A DNA stretch of 63,315 nucleotides, filler included, from Octopus bimaculoides (Eukaryota): NCBI RefSeq assembly GCF_001194135.2. It is 6 parts of 5 records of this genome, joined end to end, with 100 filler letters (N's around TTAATTAATTAA, not from the genome) between each part and the next. Parts side by side here need not be neighbours in the genome. Positions count along the whole stretch, not along the records: positions 33,957 to 43,874 come from NC_069006.1; positions 43,975 to 54,745 come from NC_068996.1; 4 more parts are not named here. One strand, given 5' to 3'. Positions 39,120 to 51,494 of the stretch are shown here, piece after piece; within the stretch, counting starts at the first letter, position 1; each line of letters begins with the position of its first letter. The notes below the pieces were generated by a model. The model saw only the letters and a program-made list of their open reading frames with translations. It was not told the origin of the DNA and ran no database searches. The position numbers and the translations under genes were made by a program.

Positions 39120-39182
39120 ATTCTACTGATGAAGGTAAAGTCATTTTTATGTTACCCAACCAGAAATCATTTGATCTAGAAT
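39120..39182 (+). ncRNA. hammerhead-like motif, variant stem II junction
   Basis: ATTCTA | CTGATGA | A-GGTAA..TTACC-CAACCA | GAAA-TCATTTGA-TC | TAGAAT; 6-bp stem I. Confidence 0.55.
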
Positions 39183-39345
39183 TAACCTCTCAAAAAATGT
39201 TGCTAAATCTTTTTTATTCACTTCTTCATTTTGAACCCTTGCTTATGGAATACGAAATGATGTCATTTTAGAATCATTTGACATTTATCTGTGGCATGTG
39301 GCTGCTGTTTTTAATTCCCCCAATTTATAATTTTATGTATATAAT

Positions 39346-39430
39346 TATTAGGTTGGTGCATAATTATTGCGGCTTTTTTTTCAATGAATTTTATTCAACA
39401 AAAACAATAACAACATTCAACAAAAACATC
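39346..39430. mobile_element. mariner-type TIR end
   Basis: TATTAGGTTGGTGCATAATTATTGCGG. Confidence 0.65.
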
Positions 39431-39538
39431 TAACAGATCAGATTGGGGCCTGATGCAGCCTCCTGGCTTCCCAAACCCCAGTCGAACTATCCCACCCATG
39501 CCAGCATGGAAAACGAACGTTAAATGATGATGATGATG

Positions 39539-39607
<69 letters not shown>

Positions 39608-39616
39608 TGTGTGTGG

Positions 39617-39811
39617 CCGTTTTCGTGCGGGTGACACGTAAAAGCACCCACTACACTCTCTGAGTGGTTGGCGTTAGGAAGGGCATCCAGCTGTAGAAAC
39701 TCTGCCAAATTAGATTGGAGCCTGGTGTTGCCATCCGGTTTCACCAGTCCTCAGTCAAATCGTCCAATCCATGCTAGCATGGAAGGCGGATGTTAAACGA
39801 TGATGATGATG
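39617..39811 (+). mobile_element. RTE-type 3' tail ending in (GAT)n
   Basis: Near-identical to 40585-40772. Confidence 0.85.
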
Positions 39812-39823
39812 ATATATATAATG

Positions 39824-40120
39824 TATAAATAAGGGCAAAAGAAAAATAACCTCTGCCAAACGTGCCAAGAAATAGACTTTTAACCGTCAATAACCACATA
39901 TAATTCATTACTAAAAGCAAGAACACATACCGAAATGAAAAGATTCACTGAAGAAGTGTGACAAAATTTTCAGGACGATGGACAGGAGTTAAAATGATAA
40001 CATAAAAACAGTAATAAACAAGTGAAGAAAAATTATATAATGCTTGTGTGGTTATTGATGATTTAAAGTCTATTTCTCGGCATATTGGCATAAGAATTTT
40101 TTCTTTTGCCATTATTTATA
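39824..40120 (-). repeat. long imperfect inverted repeat downstream of GTGGCCAGCAT (minus)
   Basis: About 75-bp arms TATAAATAA.GGCAAAAGAAAAA...TGCC.AGAAATAGACTTT.AA...TCAATAACCACA; motif at 40160-40170. Confidence 0.85.
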
Positions 40121-40196
40121 AGTTGTTTATAATTTTCACCTTAAAAGGTATTTTTTAATATGCTGGCCACTGATAAAATTTTTTTTAAATTTCATT

Positions 40197-40772
40197 AACC
40201 GAGACCTTTGGAAATATGCTGTGCGGGAGAAGACCCGGCAAGCCAAGGGAGACCAAAATCCAAGGCCTCTGCCAAGGATGTAGCCAGCCCACTTATGCAT
40301 ACCTTTTCTCCATTGGACACTAAACTCCGCTTGCGAAGACCTGTTGAGACAAGTGAAATCGAAATCGAAATTCGACGACTGGCCCCCATGCCAACATCTC
40401 CTCCATTGGACACTAAACTCTGCTTGTGAAGACCTGTTGGGACAAGCGAAAGCAAAATCATGATGGCACCACCGTTCGAGCGTGATCGTTACTAGCGTGG
40501 CGTTCCTGGTATTTGTGCCGGTGGCACGTGAAAAGTCATTTGAGTGAGATCGTTGCAAGTACCGCTGGACTGGCTCCTGTGCAGGTGGCACGTAATAGCA
40601 CCCACTACACTCTCGGAGTGGTTGGCATTAGGAAGGGCATCCAGCTGTAGAAATTCTGCCAAATCAGATTGGAGCCTGGTGTAGCCATCTGGTTCACCAG
40701 TCCTCAGTCAAATCGTCCAACCCATGCTAGCATGGAAAGCAGACGTTAAACGATGATGATGATGATGATGAT
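40197..40772 (+). mobile_element. RTE LINE 3' UTR fragment with a 93-bp-period internal duplication
   Basis: Starts at the ORF-end motif CGAGACCTTTGG..GCTGTGC..GAGAAGACC; CTCCATTGGACACTAAACTC at 40308 and 40401; (GAT)n tail. Confidence 0.85.
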
Positions 40773-40938
40773 AAGGAAAATAAGACAAGGTAGAAAATGC
40801 TAAAATAACTTTATCATGAAATACATTTTAGTTTTAGTACTGGTTTCTGTCTTTTAGACTTTTTCATCTCAGTGTAAAATAAGAAAATCAATGAAATTGG
40901 AGGAAAAAATTTCAAGTGAAATGTTTTAGCTAAAAGAT

Positions 40939-41127
40939 ACACTAATCAACAGGAACTACCCACCATCACTAACTGATATAGGCTTTTAACGTGCCCTACA
41001 ACTCAACATCCACCAACTCAGACACCCCAAATTAAAGAAGGATGTACAATTAAAAGCCCTGTCATACATATCCACGTACAACCCCCTAAACAATGAGGCC
41101 TTCAACATCATCTTCCAGAAGACTGAT
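40939..41127 (+). pseudogene. PLE RT-endonuclease linker fragment
   Basis: TLINRNYPPSLTDIGF*RALQLNIHQLRHPK..STYNPLNNEAFNII parallels LLERQYPASLVDNGIERAKTIDIQDLQKPK..THNPRNTEANMII at about 60505-60660. Confidence 0.8.
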
Positions 41128-41781
41128 GAAACCCCAAAAACTTGTTCACCTGTCAGCATCTTTAGACTGGCCATCGTAATGGAATACGAGTTTTATTTAC
41201 ATTTCAAAATGTTTCCTGTAAACGAATTTAAAATATATATCACACACACACACACACACACACACAGGCACAAATATCCGTTCAACGACCAATGTGGGTT
41301 TGTTTATGTCACTATACTTTAATGAGTTGGCAATGGAAATTGATAGAATAAGTAACAGGATTTATAAAACAAAAAACATATTAAATGATGGGATTAATAA
41401 AGTAGTGCCCCAGTGTGGCCACAGTCTAATGACTGAAACAAGTAAAATGGAGAAAAAACAAGAAGTGAGAGAGAAATAGAAAGAGTGAGAGAGAGAAAAG
41501 GGGAGAGACCAACAAGGACAGTGAAGTGTCTTGTTTCAGATATTTTTGCTACTGAATACAGACACCACTCCTTGTTCTTGAAGGAGATGGATATCAAACA
41601 CTAAATCATGTCAGTGTGAAGAAAGTTCTCTGGTTTCTTAATGTGGTTTTGCAACTGCAAAGTTTGGGGTTTGAATCCCAACTGCGTGATACTCTTGGGG
41701 CAAATGTCTTCTAAAGTCCTGGGACAAACAAAGAAGCCTTGGGAGTGGATTTGATAAATCAAAATTCAAAGAAGCACATGA

Positions 41782-41830
<49 letters not shown>

Positions 41831-41930
41831 NNNNNNNNNNNNNNNNNNNNNNNNNNNNNNNNNNNNNNNNNNNNNNNNNNNNNNNNNNNNNNNNNNNNNN
41901 NNNNNNNNNNNNNNNNNNNNNNNNNNNNNN

Positions 41931-42352
41931 TCCTCTGTTATTACCTGGAGGACTATGATGAATAAGAGGGGGCTGAGGGCCAATCCTTGGTGGACCCCTA
42001 CTTCTACCCGGAATTCTTCACTATACTCATTGCCAACCCTAATCTTATTAATAGAATTTCTGTATAGGGCCTGTACAGCCCTTATTAACCATTTGTCAAT
42101 CCCTAGTTTCTGCATCGCCCGCCAGATAAGGGATCGCGGAACCTGTCAAAGGCTTTCTCCAAGTCCACAAAAGTCAAGTATAGAGGTTTATCTTTGGCTA
42201 GATATTTCTCCTGCAGTTGCCGTATCAGAAATATAGCATCAGTGGTGCTTCTACGTGACACAAAACCGAACTGCATCTCATCCAAGCATACTCTCTCCCT
42301 AATTAGTTGAGCTATGACCCTCTCCATGACCTTCATCACCTGATCCAGCAGT
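41931..42352 (-). mobile_element. RTE-clade LINE RT core fragment
   Basis: MKVMERVIAQLIRERVCLDEMQFGF..RSTTDAIFLIRQLQEKY..FVDLEKAFDR; GVHQGLALSPLLFIIVL. Confidence 0.95.
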
Positions 42353-42554
42353 TTATATATATGTTATAATTTAGAACAAACAGTAAGTTGCATTATAGTA
42401 CTCGGAGTTTTGAATGCATCGTAGCTCTTTGCTCCAACATTTGAAACTCCGATTACTATAATGACAACCTTTTACTGTATGTTCTAAATTATAACATATA
42501 TAAATATTCCTCTATTTATCTAATATCAAGATCTCATTCTTTTATTGTCACTTT

Positions 42555-42725
42555 TATATATATGGGCTTCTTTCAGTTTCTGTCTACCAAATCCACTCAC
42601 AAGGCTTTGGTCAGTTCAAGGCTATAGTAGAAGACACTTGTCGAAGGTCTCACACAGTGGGACTGAACCTAGAACCATGTGGTTGGGAAGCAAGCTTCCT
42701 ACTACACAGTCACTCCTGCGCCTAT
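42555..42725 (-). mobile_element. SINE family A head/core
   Basis: Same head as other copies. Confidence 0.85.
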
Positions 42726-42789
42726 TTATACAGTTGTAACCATCTGCGAGGTATAATTTCCACAGCTTCTCTCCTTGATAGAGCTGTTG

Positions 42790-43250
42790 TCCTAGGTTAA
42801 GCAAAGCCCGAGATGGAGCACCTCTTATCTAGGACGTCAATGGGTACTCACCCGCTTCTGCCTGTCATGCAATGGGATCGTAGAGATTCCACCCTAGCAA
42901 TTTACGGACGGTTGCAACCGGAGAAAAGTGATGATGGTCTCAGGGAAGCTGTGAGTGTCGGTGAAAACAAACTGACTAGATTATTTCTAGAGGTTTGGTT
43001 GATGACTATTATGAATAACTTCCAGAAATCCCTGGCCAGGTAGTGCTACAGAGGGATGCTATCAGCTTCAGGGAAACCATACAGATGCAGATATACCATT
43101 AGAAGGACTTGTCTGAGATGTGTACAAAGTGACAAAACTGTTCGCCATGCACTCACTCAATGTCTGGAAATTGCTGACTTTGTGCAACTGCTGTTACATG
43201 GGACAGATCCGGCTATCAATTGAATCCATTATGATTTTGTACTGAGATTT
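42790..43250 (+). mobile_element. Tx1/L1-like LINE ORF2 C-terminal fragment
   Basis: NNFQKSLAR*CYRGML...RRTCLRCVQSDKTVRHALTQC: CCHC-type zinc knuckle (CxxC-x7-H-x4-C) resembling L1/Tx1 ORF2 ends. Confidence 0.7.
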
Positions 43251-43603
43251 AACACCAAATTAGGAGTGTTGTTTATACATAACTGTGACTCATACATGAG
43301 TAAATACGCTATATGTATATTTTATGCCCCCACTTGTTTTTACTCATTGGATTTCTTACGTAAGCCACTTATGTCTGAAATCTTCCCCTCTCAACCATTA
43401 CTCCCTGGTGGCAAAGAAAAGAAATTATCATTATTTTGGAAGGGCATCCAGCTGTTATTATTATTGTTGTTGTTGTTGTCTTTGTATAGCTTCTATCGCT
43501 GGAGACGTGCTTGGTGCCAGCTGTTCACTACAAGTGAGCTAAAGAAACACCCCTTATTTCTCAACCACCATCCAGAGTATTCAAGCGGTTCCAAGCAGTA
43601 CTG

Positions 43604-43658
<55 letters not shown>

Positions 43659-43671
43659 TGTTTGTCTTTTT

Positions 43672-43842
43672 TACGTTCTGAGTTCAAATTCCGCGGAGGT
43701 CAACTCTGCCTTTCATCCTTTCGGGGTCGATAAATTAAGTACCAGTTACGCACTGGGGTCGATGCAATCGACTTAATCCCTTTATCTGTCCTTGTTTGTC
43801 CCCTCTATGTTTAGCCCCTTGTGGGTAATAAAGAAATAAGAA
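43672..43842 (+). mobile_element. SINE family B (5'-truncated)
   Basis: Near-identical to the reverse complement of 54900-55075. Confidence 0.9.
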
Positions 43843-46182
43843 TTGTTAGCTTGCTGGACAAAATGCTTCTCGGCNNNNNNNNNNNNNNNNNNNNNNNNNN
43901 NNNNNNNNNNNNNNNNNNTTAATTAATTAANNNNNNNNNNNNNNNNNNNNNNNNNNNNNNNNNNNNNNNNNNNNTATATATATATATAATTTTCTGTTCG
44001 TTATGTTTTTTGTTAATTTTTTCCATTTGCTCTATCCTTGAAATTATTTCAGTAAGGGAAGAACTTTCTGGTTTTTCTTACAAACATGTTAGTCTAAAGG
44101 CATTACTTTTTTGAATTTAATTTTAGTTTTCTAAAGATTTTTATTTTCTTATATTTACTTATTCTTCCCTTGTGTTTATGTAGAAAGTAATACCTGTTCC
44201 AGACTACATATAAAAGAACTGACAATAGACGTGAAAAAAAATCATAAATAGATAAAAATTACACATGAACATAATTGTCTTTAATATAAATGTGTGTGTG
44301 TGTGTGTGTGTGTGTGTGCTAGTTATTACCATCAATATTCAATCAATATTTTGTTTATGAATATAGATAAGACATGTGTATGCCAAAGATCAACATCAAC
44401 ATCATCGTCATCGTTGTTTTCATCATCATCATCATCATCACCACCGCCTGCTAATATTTTGTTTATCAATATAAACAAAAGCTCTATGCTAGATATCATG
44501 GCCACCATCACAGCTACCATCAGGCAGTCAATATCTCAAACAATATGTATAGATTCATAGCATTATTATTTCCATCATCACTATTCATTCAGTATTTTAT
44601 TTTGTTCATCAATATAGACATGAAGTATATACAAGCTATTTTCATCATCATCATCATCATTATCATTATATTCAGTCAATATTCTGTTTATATTTGACAA
44701 TAGATATATACCGATATAGACAATAGACATATACCAGCATCTTGATCATCATCATCACCACCACTGCCCTCACCATCATCATTTAATCAATATTCTCTGT
44801 ATCAATATAAACAATAGTTTATGTGCCAGCTATCATCATCATCATCAATGCCATCATCATCGTTGTTGTCACCACCACCACCATCACTACCACTATCATC
44901 TTCGTTTAATCAACATTTTGTTTATCAAAATAGTGACAAAATTGATAGATCACTGAACCAAATCTACAATATGTTAGTTATATCCCTGTATGTTCTTTTG
45001 AAAAGACAGTGAGTGGGGAGGAGTCTTGAGTTTACATATCATCTCCTACTCCCCACTCCTCACCCCACCCAGGTTAATAAAATAAGACCAGTGAATGTTA
45101 CAGGAAAGAATTTGAAAATCAAAGGTGAGCTGACCATGTAATATTGGTCTTGTGTTTTAGAAGAGATGAAAACAAAAATTTATATTATCTACAATATTTT
45201 CATTCTCGAGTCAACATCTATCATGCAGCAAGAGATAAGTTCCCTATATGCATGTGTATGTGTTTGTGTGTTTATGTGTGTGTTTGTGTGTAAGAGAGAA
45301 ATCATCATTTACATCATTTAAAATTCATGTTTCATGCTGGCATATATTGGGGCAGTCTGACAATCCAAAGGGTCCAAGAACTGCATCATGTTCCAGGGTT
45401 CACTTTGGCATGGCTTCTCTTCCTAAGATACTCTTCCTAACATTGACCACTTAATAGTGTGTACAGGGTGCTTTTTTTGTACCACTACCACTATTGTATG
45501 TATAACTGTGTATGTATATGTCTGTGTTTCTCCCCATTTCTGTTTGTGGGCCTAAATTCTGGGAGCTGCTGTTCATTCCAAGCCCCAGTATATCATAGGT
45601 TAGCAGTGCAATAACTAGAGCTCAATAAAATATGTATCTTGCTAAAATAAGTACTCTGGTTAATATGACCCCTGAAGCAGTTAGTGTCTTAGCACAGCTG
45701 CAGTCAAACAGCTAAAACCAATAAGATAACAAAACACCAGAACTGACTCTGGAATATTAATCATACTTGTTTTATTTATCACTTGTTTTATTTATCATTA
45801 GCATGTGGAGAGACTTCTAGGTTCAACTTTATGTTGGTTGAAGATCACCTAAAAAAATTCTGGAGTACATTCGACTAAAAATTCTTCAAGGTGGTGCCCC
45901 AACATGGCCACAGTCTAATGATTTAACAAGTACAAAGGAAAAAAAAAGCGAAATATATCACTGAGGTGGTTTTGAGCAGACTTAAAAAACATTCTGGGTC
46001 CCATACAGTTGTCTAAAATTTCTTCAAGGTGGTGCCCCAGCAAGAAGTAAAAAGGAAAAAAATTCTGGTGTCGATACATTCGCCTAAAAATATTTTGGCT
46101 GCAGTCTTAGTGACTGAAGCAAGTAAAAAGGAAAAAAAAAATTTTTTTTAAGGCAGAACCCCAGTATGGCCACAGTCTAATG

Positions 46183-46483
46183 CAGGGGTTCCCAACCAGG
46201 ATCCACATGGACGCTGTTCCCATGGGTCCACAAAAGCTTTAAGGGGCCCACGAGTAAAAAATTGTGATTTGTGGGTCTATATTTAAATTTTGTTTACTAG
46301 GAGAAATTTTCAAGATTTGTATTTGGAATTTATGTTATGAATATAACGAAATTATTTCATTAAGTTTTTACTAACCTACAAACAAACATTTTTTTCCAAA
46401 AATTTACATGTGCATATATGGGGTCCACAGATGTTTAAGATAGCTCTCAGGGGTCCACAACAAAATAAGGTTGGGGACCCCTG
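46183..46483. mobile_element. hAT-type MITE with 8-bp TSD
   Basis: TIRs CAGGGGTTCCCAACC / CAGGGGTCCCCAACC; TSD GTCTAATG at 46175-46182 and 46484-46491. Confidence 0.95.
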
Positions 46484-46579
46484 GTCTAATGACTGAAACA
46501 AATAAAAAGGGGAAAAAAACGAAAAAATAACCGAAAACTATAACCATGGGGTTTTCTCTACTTTTACTTTAATCCCATG

Positions 46580-46655
46580 GGAGTTTTTGTCCAAGGGCCT
46601 TTCGTCCTAAGGGGGTTTTGTCCTAGGAGGCTTTTGTCCTAGGAGGCTTTTGTCC
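46580..46655. repeat. 16-bp tandem repeat (GGAGGCTTTTGTCCTA) entering a gap
   Basis: About five degenerate units. Confidence 0.8.
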
Positions 46656-49368
46656 NNNNNNNNNNNNNNNNNNNNNNNNNNNNNNNNNNNNNNNNNNNNN
46701 NNNNNNNNNNNNNNNNNNNNNNNNNNNNNNNNNNNNNNNNNNNNNNNNNNNNNNNNNNNNNNNNNNNNNNNNNNNNNNNNNNNNNNNNNNNNNNNNNNNN
46801 NNNNNNNNNNNNNNNNNNNNNNNNNNNNNNNNNNNNNNNNNNNNNNNNNNNNNNNNNNNNNNNNNNNNNNNNNNNNNNNNNNNNNNNNNNNNNNNNNNNN
46901 NNNNNNNNNNNNNNNNNNNNNNNNNNNNNNNNNNNNNNNNNNNNNNNNNNNNNNNNNNNNNNNNNNNNNNNNNNNNNNNNNNNNNNNNNNNNNNNNNNNN
47001 NNNNNNNNNNNNNNNNNNNNNNNNNNNNNNNNNNNNNNNNNNNNNNNNNNNNNNNNNNNNNNNNNNNNNNNNNNNNNNNNNNNNNNNNNNNNNNNNNNNN
47101 NNNNNNNNNNNNNNNNNNNNNNNNNNNNNNNNNNNNNNNNNNNNNNNNNNNNNNNNNNNNNNNNNNNNNNNNNNNNNNNNNNNNNNNNNNNNNNNNNNNN
47201 NNNNNNNNNNNNNNNNNNNNNNNNNNNNNNNNNNNNNNNNNNNNNNNNNNNNNNNNNNNNNNNNNNNNNNNNNNNNNNNNNNNNNNNNNNNNNNNNNNNN
47301 NNNNNNNNNNNNNNNNNNNNNNNNNNNNNNNNNNNNNNNNNNNNNNNNNNNNNNNNNNNNNNNNNNNNNNNNNNNNNNNNNNNNNNNNNNNNNNNNNNNN
47401 NNNNNNNNNNNNNNNNNNNNNNNNNNNNNNNNNNNNNNNNNNNNNNNNNNNNNNNNNNNNNNNNNNNNNNNNNNNNNNNNNNNNNNNNNNNNNNNNNNNN
47501 NNNNNNNNNNNNNNNNNNNNNNNNNNNNNNNNNNNNNNNNNNNNNNNNNNNNNNNNNNNNNNNNNNNNNNNNNNNNNNNNNNNNNNNNNNNNNNNNNNNN
47601 NNNNNNNNNNNNNNNNNNNNNNNNNNNNNNNNNNNNNNNATATATATATATATATACTAGCTTAAAAGCCGTACTGGAAGGCTCTTCATTAGGCCTTGGG
47701 CCCAACATGCATTGAGTACATATTAAATTTCATTAAACTTGAACAATATTTTTCAAGCAATGAACAATTTTGCTTCAAAACAATGATATAATTTGTCGAC
47801 TTGGAACTTATTGCAAAGCTACATGAGAAACCATCGCCACCACATCTGCCATACACACCAGTCAGAGACTATAGTAGAAGACACAGCCTCGAGCCGACCA
47901 AAGCCTTGTGAGTGGATTTGGTAGACGTAGAGTGAAATTTAATCTATACAAAACCTATTATAAACTCTTTAGAATATTTATTGTTTTGTAAGTTTTTTTT
48001 TTAAATCTCTCTCCAAACATTTATATATATATATTGCTACCGCCACCTTCGGCAGCCGAACAAGTAGTAAATTATAATAATAATGATTGTTTTTACCTTG
48101 GGCACAAGGGCTGAAATTTTGGAGGAAGGAGGTACTAGTCGATTACATCGATTCCAGTCCTCAAATGGTACTTATTTTATTGACCTCATAAGGATGAAAG
48201 GCAAAATCGTCTATGGTCGAATTTGAACTCACATTGTAAGGACGCCCGAAATGCTCTTAAAGTATTATTAACACTACACGTGTGAAATCCTCCGATGTTT
48301 CCAAGACATTTTAAGGCGTGCTGTTTTATGCCTATTAAATACACCATAAAATTGTAGTTAAGTTTAATCTTTATAGTCACCTATGTAAAATAAGAATGTA
48401 TTTGTACATTGGATGAATGTAGCATGTCGTGTCTGTGTATCTGTGTAATCCATCTCATTTTGTTAAGGAGATCGTTGTTTACATACATATTCAACAACTT
48501 TATCATTATAACCATAAGGTCTGAAATTTTGAGAGCAGAGGTATTATTCGATTACAATATTTGACTTATACTTTATTTTAACGACTCTAGAGTGATGAAA
48601 GGTGAAGTTGGCCCAGGCGACACTTGAACGCTCAGTAATGATTATAACATCTATCATGTGTGTGTGTCAGCATACAGCTAGTACACTCTAAACCAAACAA
48701 TCGTTTGAATTACCATTTGAACTGTCTTCCCGGTTCCGTCACAGCATTATACACACACACACACACACGAAATATATTCGCACCCACGTGTCATCGTTTC
48801 AACATCTCCAACTCTTAGCTTTTTTTTTTCTTTTTCGCTTTATTCTCGTGTTTGTGCACGAGTGAATGTATGTGTGTGTTTGCGCGCGCGCGCACACACT
48901 CACATACACACACACACATACGTACATTTCGTATGTCCCTCTTCTTTCCCTTTTCAACACTTGACCTTTCAAGCGTACCCTGTCTACTCTTCTCGATTGT
49001 TCACATTTTTCTATTCAGCCGTTCCTCCATCGCCACCGTCCAACCCTGCATTGACCGCTGGCCTTCCATCTACTATAATCTGTTTCACCTGGTTAACTTT
49101 CGTCCATTATTATTTGTTCCTCTTCCCCTGACATGAAGCTAGAAAAACTAGTCCCTTTTATATCTGGGAAGCAACAAGAAAACCTCAAAGGCAAATCGCT
49201 GATAGGCGTTAAGCCTGGGGAGAAGGGTGGACAGGAAGACAGGATGATCCAAGGGAGACTTTTGTTTAAAGGTCAGCTCAATCAGGATTAGCCTGAGTTA
49301 AACGATCCAAACTACTCATTCCAATGTAATTTACCCCAGCTTTGCATGCACAAATGTGTATGCGCGTA

Positions 49369-49641
49369 TAAGAAAGTTGATTGTTTTGGCCGCTCAGAGA
49401 GTAACCGTTGGTTTTGCACCTATAAAGCACTTAGCTGCATAAGTAAATCGTCAGACTGAAATGGTCGAAGGCACATAACCTCTCCACAACTGGAGGAAAT
49501 ATAACGTATTCCTCATTTCAGTTGTGGAGAGGTTATGTGCATTCGGCCATTTGAGTCTGACGGGACCACTGTACTACTAAGCGCTTTATCGGTGCGTAAC
49601 CAATGGTCACTCGATGACCGGCCATAACAGTCAACTTCCTA
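49369..49641. mobile_element. almost fully palindromic MITE-like element
   Basis: AGTTGATTGTTTTGGCC / GGCCATAACAGTCAACT termini; inner arm CGTCAGACTGAAATGGTCGAAGGCACATAACCTCTCCACAACTG pairs with 49520-49562. Confidence 0.85.
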
Positions 49642-49892
49642 AAAAATGTTCTAATGTTTTACAGTGTGCTTCTTTTTCGGATATATGAATTACTGATGAT
49701 TATATATATATATTAGAATTTACATATATCAACATATAGGACGCCGGGAATGGCTGGTTACTTAGTATCCAGTTTGCTGTACATTAAAGCAACTCTCGGT
49801 TGTCGTTTATTGGTAGTATAGTGCATGTATATATACACATAAGCAACTATCTCTCTCTCTATCTATCTAGCTAGCTAGCTATCTATCTACCC

Positions 49893-49941
<49 letters not shown>

Positions 49942-50103
49942 GGCGCAGGAGTGGGTGTGTGGTAAGTAGCTTGCTTACCAACCACATGGTTCTGGGTTCA
50001 GTCCCACTGCGTGGCACTTTGGGCAAGTGTCTTCTACTATAGCTTCGGGCCGACCAAAGCCTTGTGAGTGGATTTGGTAGATGGAAACTGAAAGAAGCCC
50101 GTC

Positions 50104-50159
<56 letters not shown>

Positions 50160-50184
50160 GTGTTTGTCCCCCCACCATCGCTTG
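49942..50184 (+). mobile_element. SINE family A, intact 5' end
   Basis: GGCGCAGGAGTGGGTGTGTGGTAAG..GGGTTCAGTCCCACTGCG. Confidence 0.9.
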
Positions 50185-51494
50185 NNNNNNNNNNNNNNNN
50201 NNNNNNNNNNNNNNNNNNNNNNNNNNNNNNNNNNNNNNNNNNNNNNNNNNNNNNNNNNNNNNNNNNNNNNNNNNNNNNNNNNNNNNNNNNNNNNNNNNNN
50301 NNNNNNNNNNNNNNNNNNNNNNNNNNNNNNNNNNNNNNNNNNNNNNNNNNNNNNNNNNNNNNNNNNNNNNNNNNNNNNNNNNNNNNNNNNNNNNNNNNNN
50401 NNNNNNNNNNNNNNNNNNNNNNNNNNNNNNNNNNNNNNNNNNNNNNNNNNNNNNNNNNNNNNNNNNNNNNNNNNNNNNNNNNNNNNNNNNNNNNNNNNNN
50501 NNNNNCCTACGCGTGCGCGAGCACATACACACACACACCACCACCACCACCACCACCACCACCACCACCACTACCACTACCACCAGTCTTTCTGGCGTGT
50601 AAACAAGAATAAAACAATTATGCCAGCTAGTTACATCCGGGACCTGGAAGCTAAAAATACCCACACACCAAGTAGACCATCGTATAGCAATCTACGTCAT
50701 ATATTTATGGGTCAAGGAGTTGCAAACTTCGTATTTTGTAGCTCTTTTCTCAATTCAATTTACCCAGCTGTAAACTCCTGTAAATTCTCTCCATTTGATT
50801 AATCCTTGCTACCGGTGACACTTCCTCACCGATATCCTCAGCTTACAGATTTTAGCATAAAGCTAGGTGTTAAGTGTAGGTTTTCAGTTGGTGTCAGAAT
50901 CAACTTCACCTATCACCGTCTGGTCCTTGAGCAAGATACTTTATTTCACGTAAACTTTTAATCTACTCGACTAAAAGTGATAACCAGGAAAATGCTAGCA
51001 CAGCCATCAGTTTTTCCTCCAGCAGTTACACCATAGATGTTCCGTTGGGACAGCGATGGGATAGCCAAAAAGCTGTCTATGTTTGTTCGCAACCACATAG
51101 ACACCTAAAAATAAGATAAACAAGCAAAAGCATGGTACGAGCTGCGTGATCAAAAAAAAAAAAAAATTGTGAGTGACGGCTATGGTTATGTAGAGAAATA
51201 TGAGGGTCTGTAGTCTATTAAATTTCTCCCTGTACATTACTGGGGTAACATGCATTTTAGGGGTTTTAAAATAAAAGTAAATTGACTGAAAATTATGATA
51301 GTGAAACCCCATAATTCCATGTAAACACTCATGTAAACATAATCAGTGTACAGAACGTGAATGGATAAGAATGACGCCACCACTTCCTGTCAGTTCCATC
51401 TGTACAGCTCTATCGTCGTGCAAAATCATTGTATTGGTCGGTAATTGTGGGGACTCTCATCCGAACTGGCTTCTCAGTGGTGTTGTTCATTGCA

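Noticed and set aside
43606-43658. Poly-Ile ORFs
   Set aside because: (ATT)n microsatellite
49942-50020. tRNA genes suggested by A/B boxes
   Set aside because: No complete cloverleaf; boxes are always followed by the SINE core, so these are SINE heads
50980-51110. Possible exon on minus after a TTTTTAG acceptor
   Set aside because: No recognisable protein in any frame, no clear donor site and no partner exons
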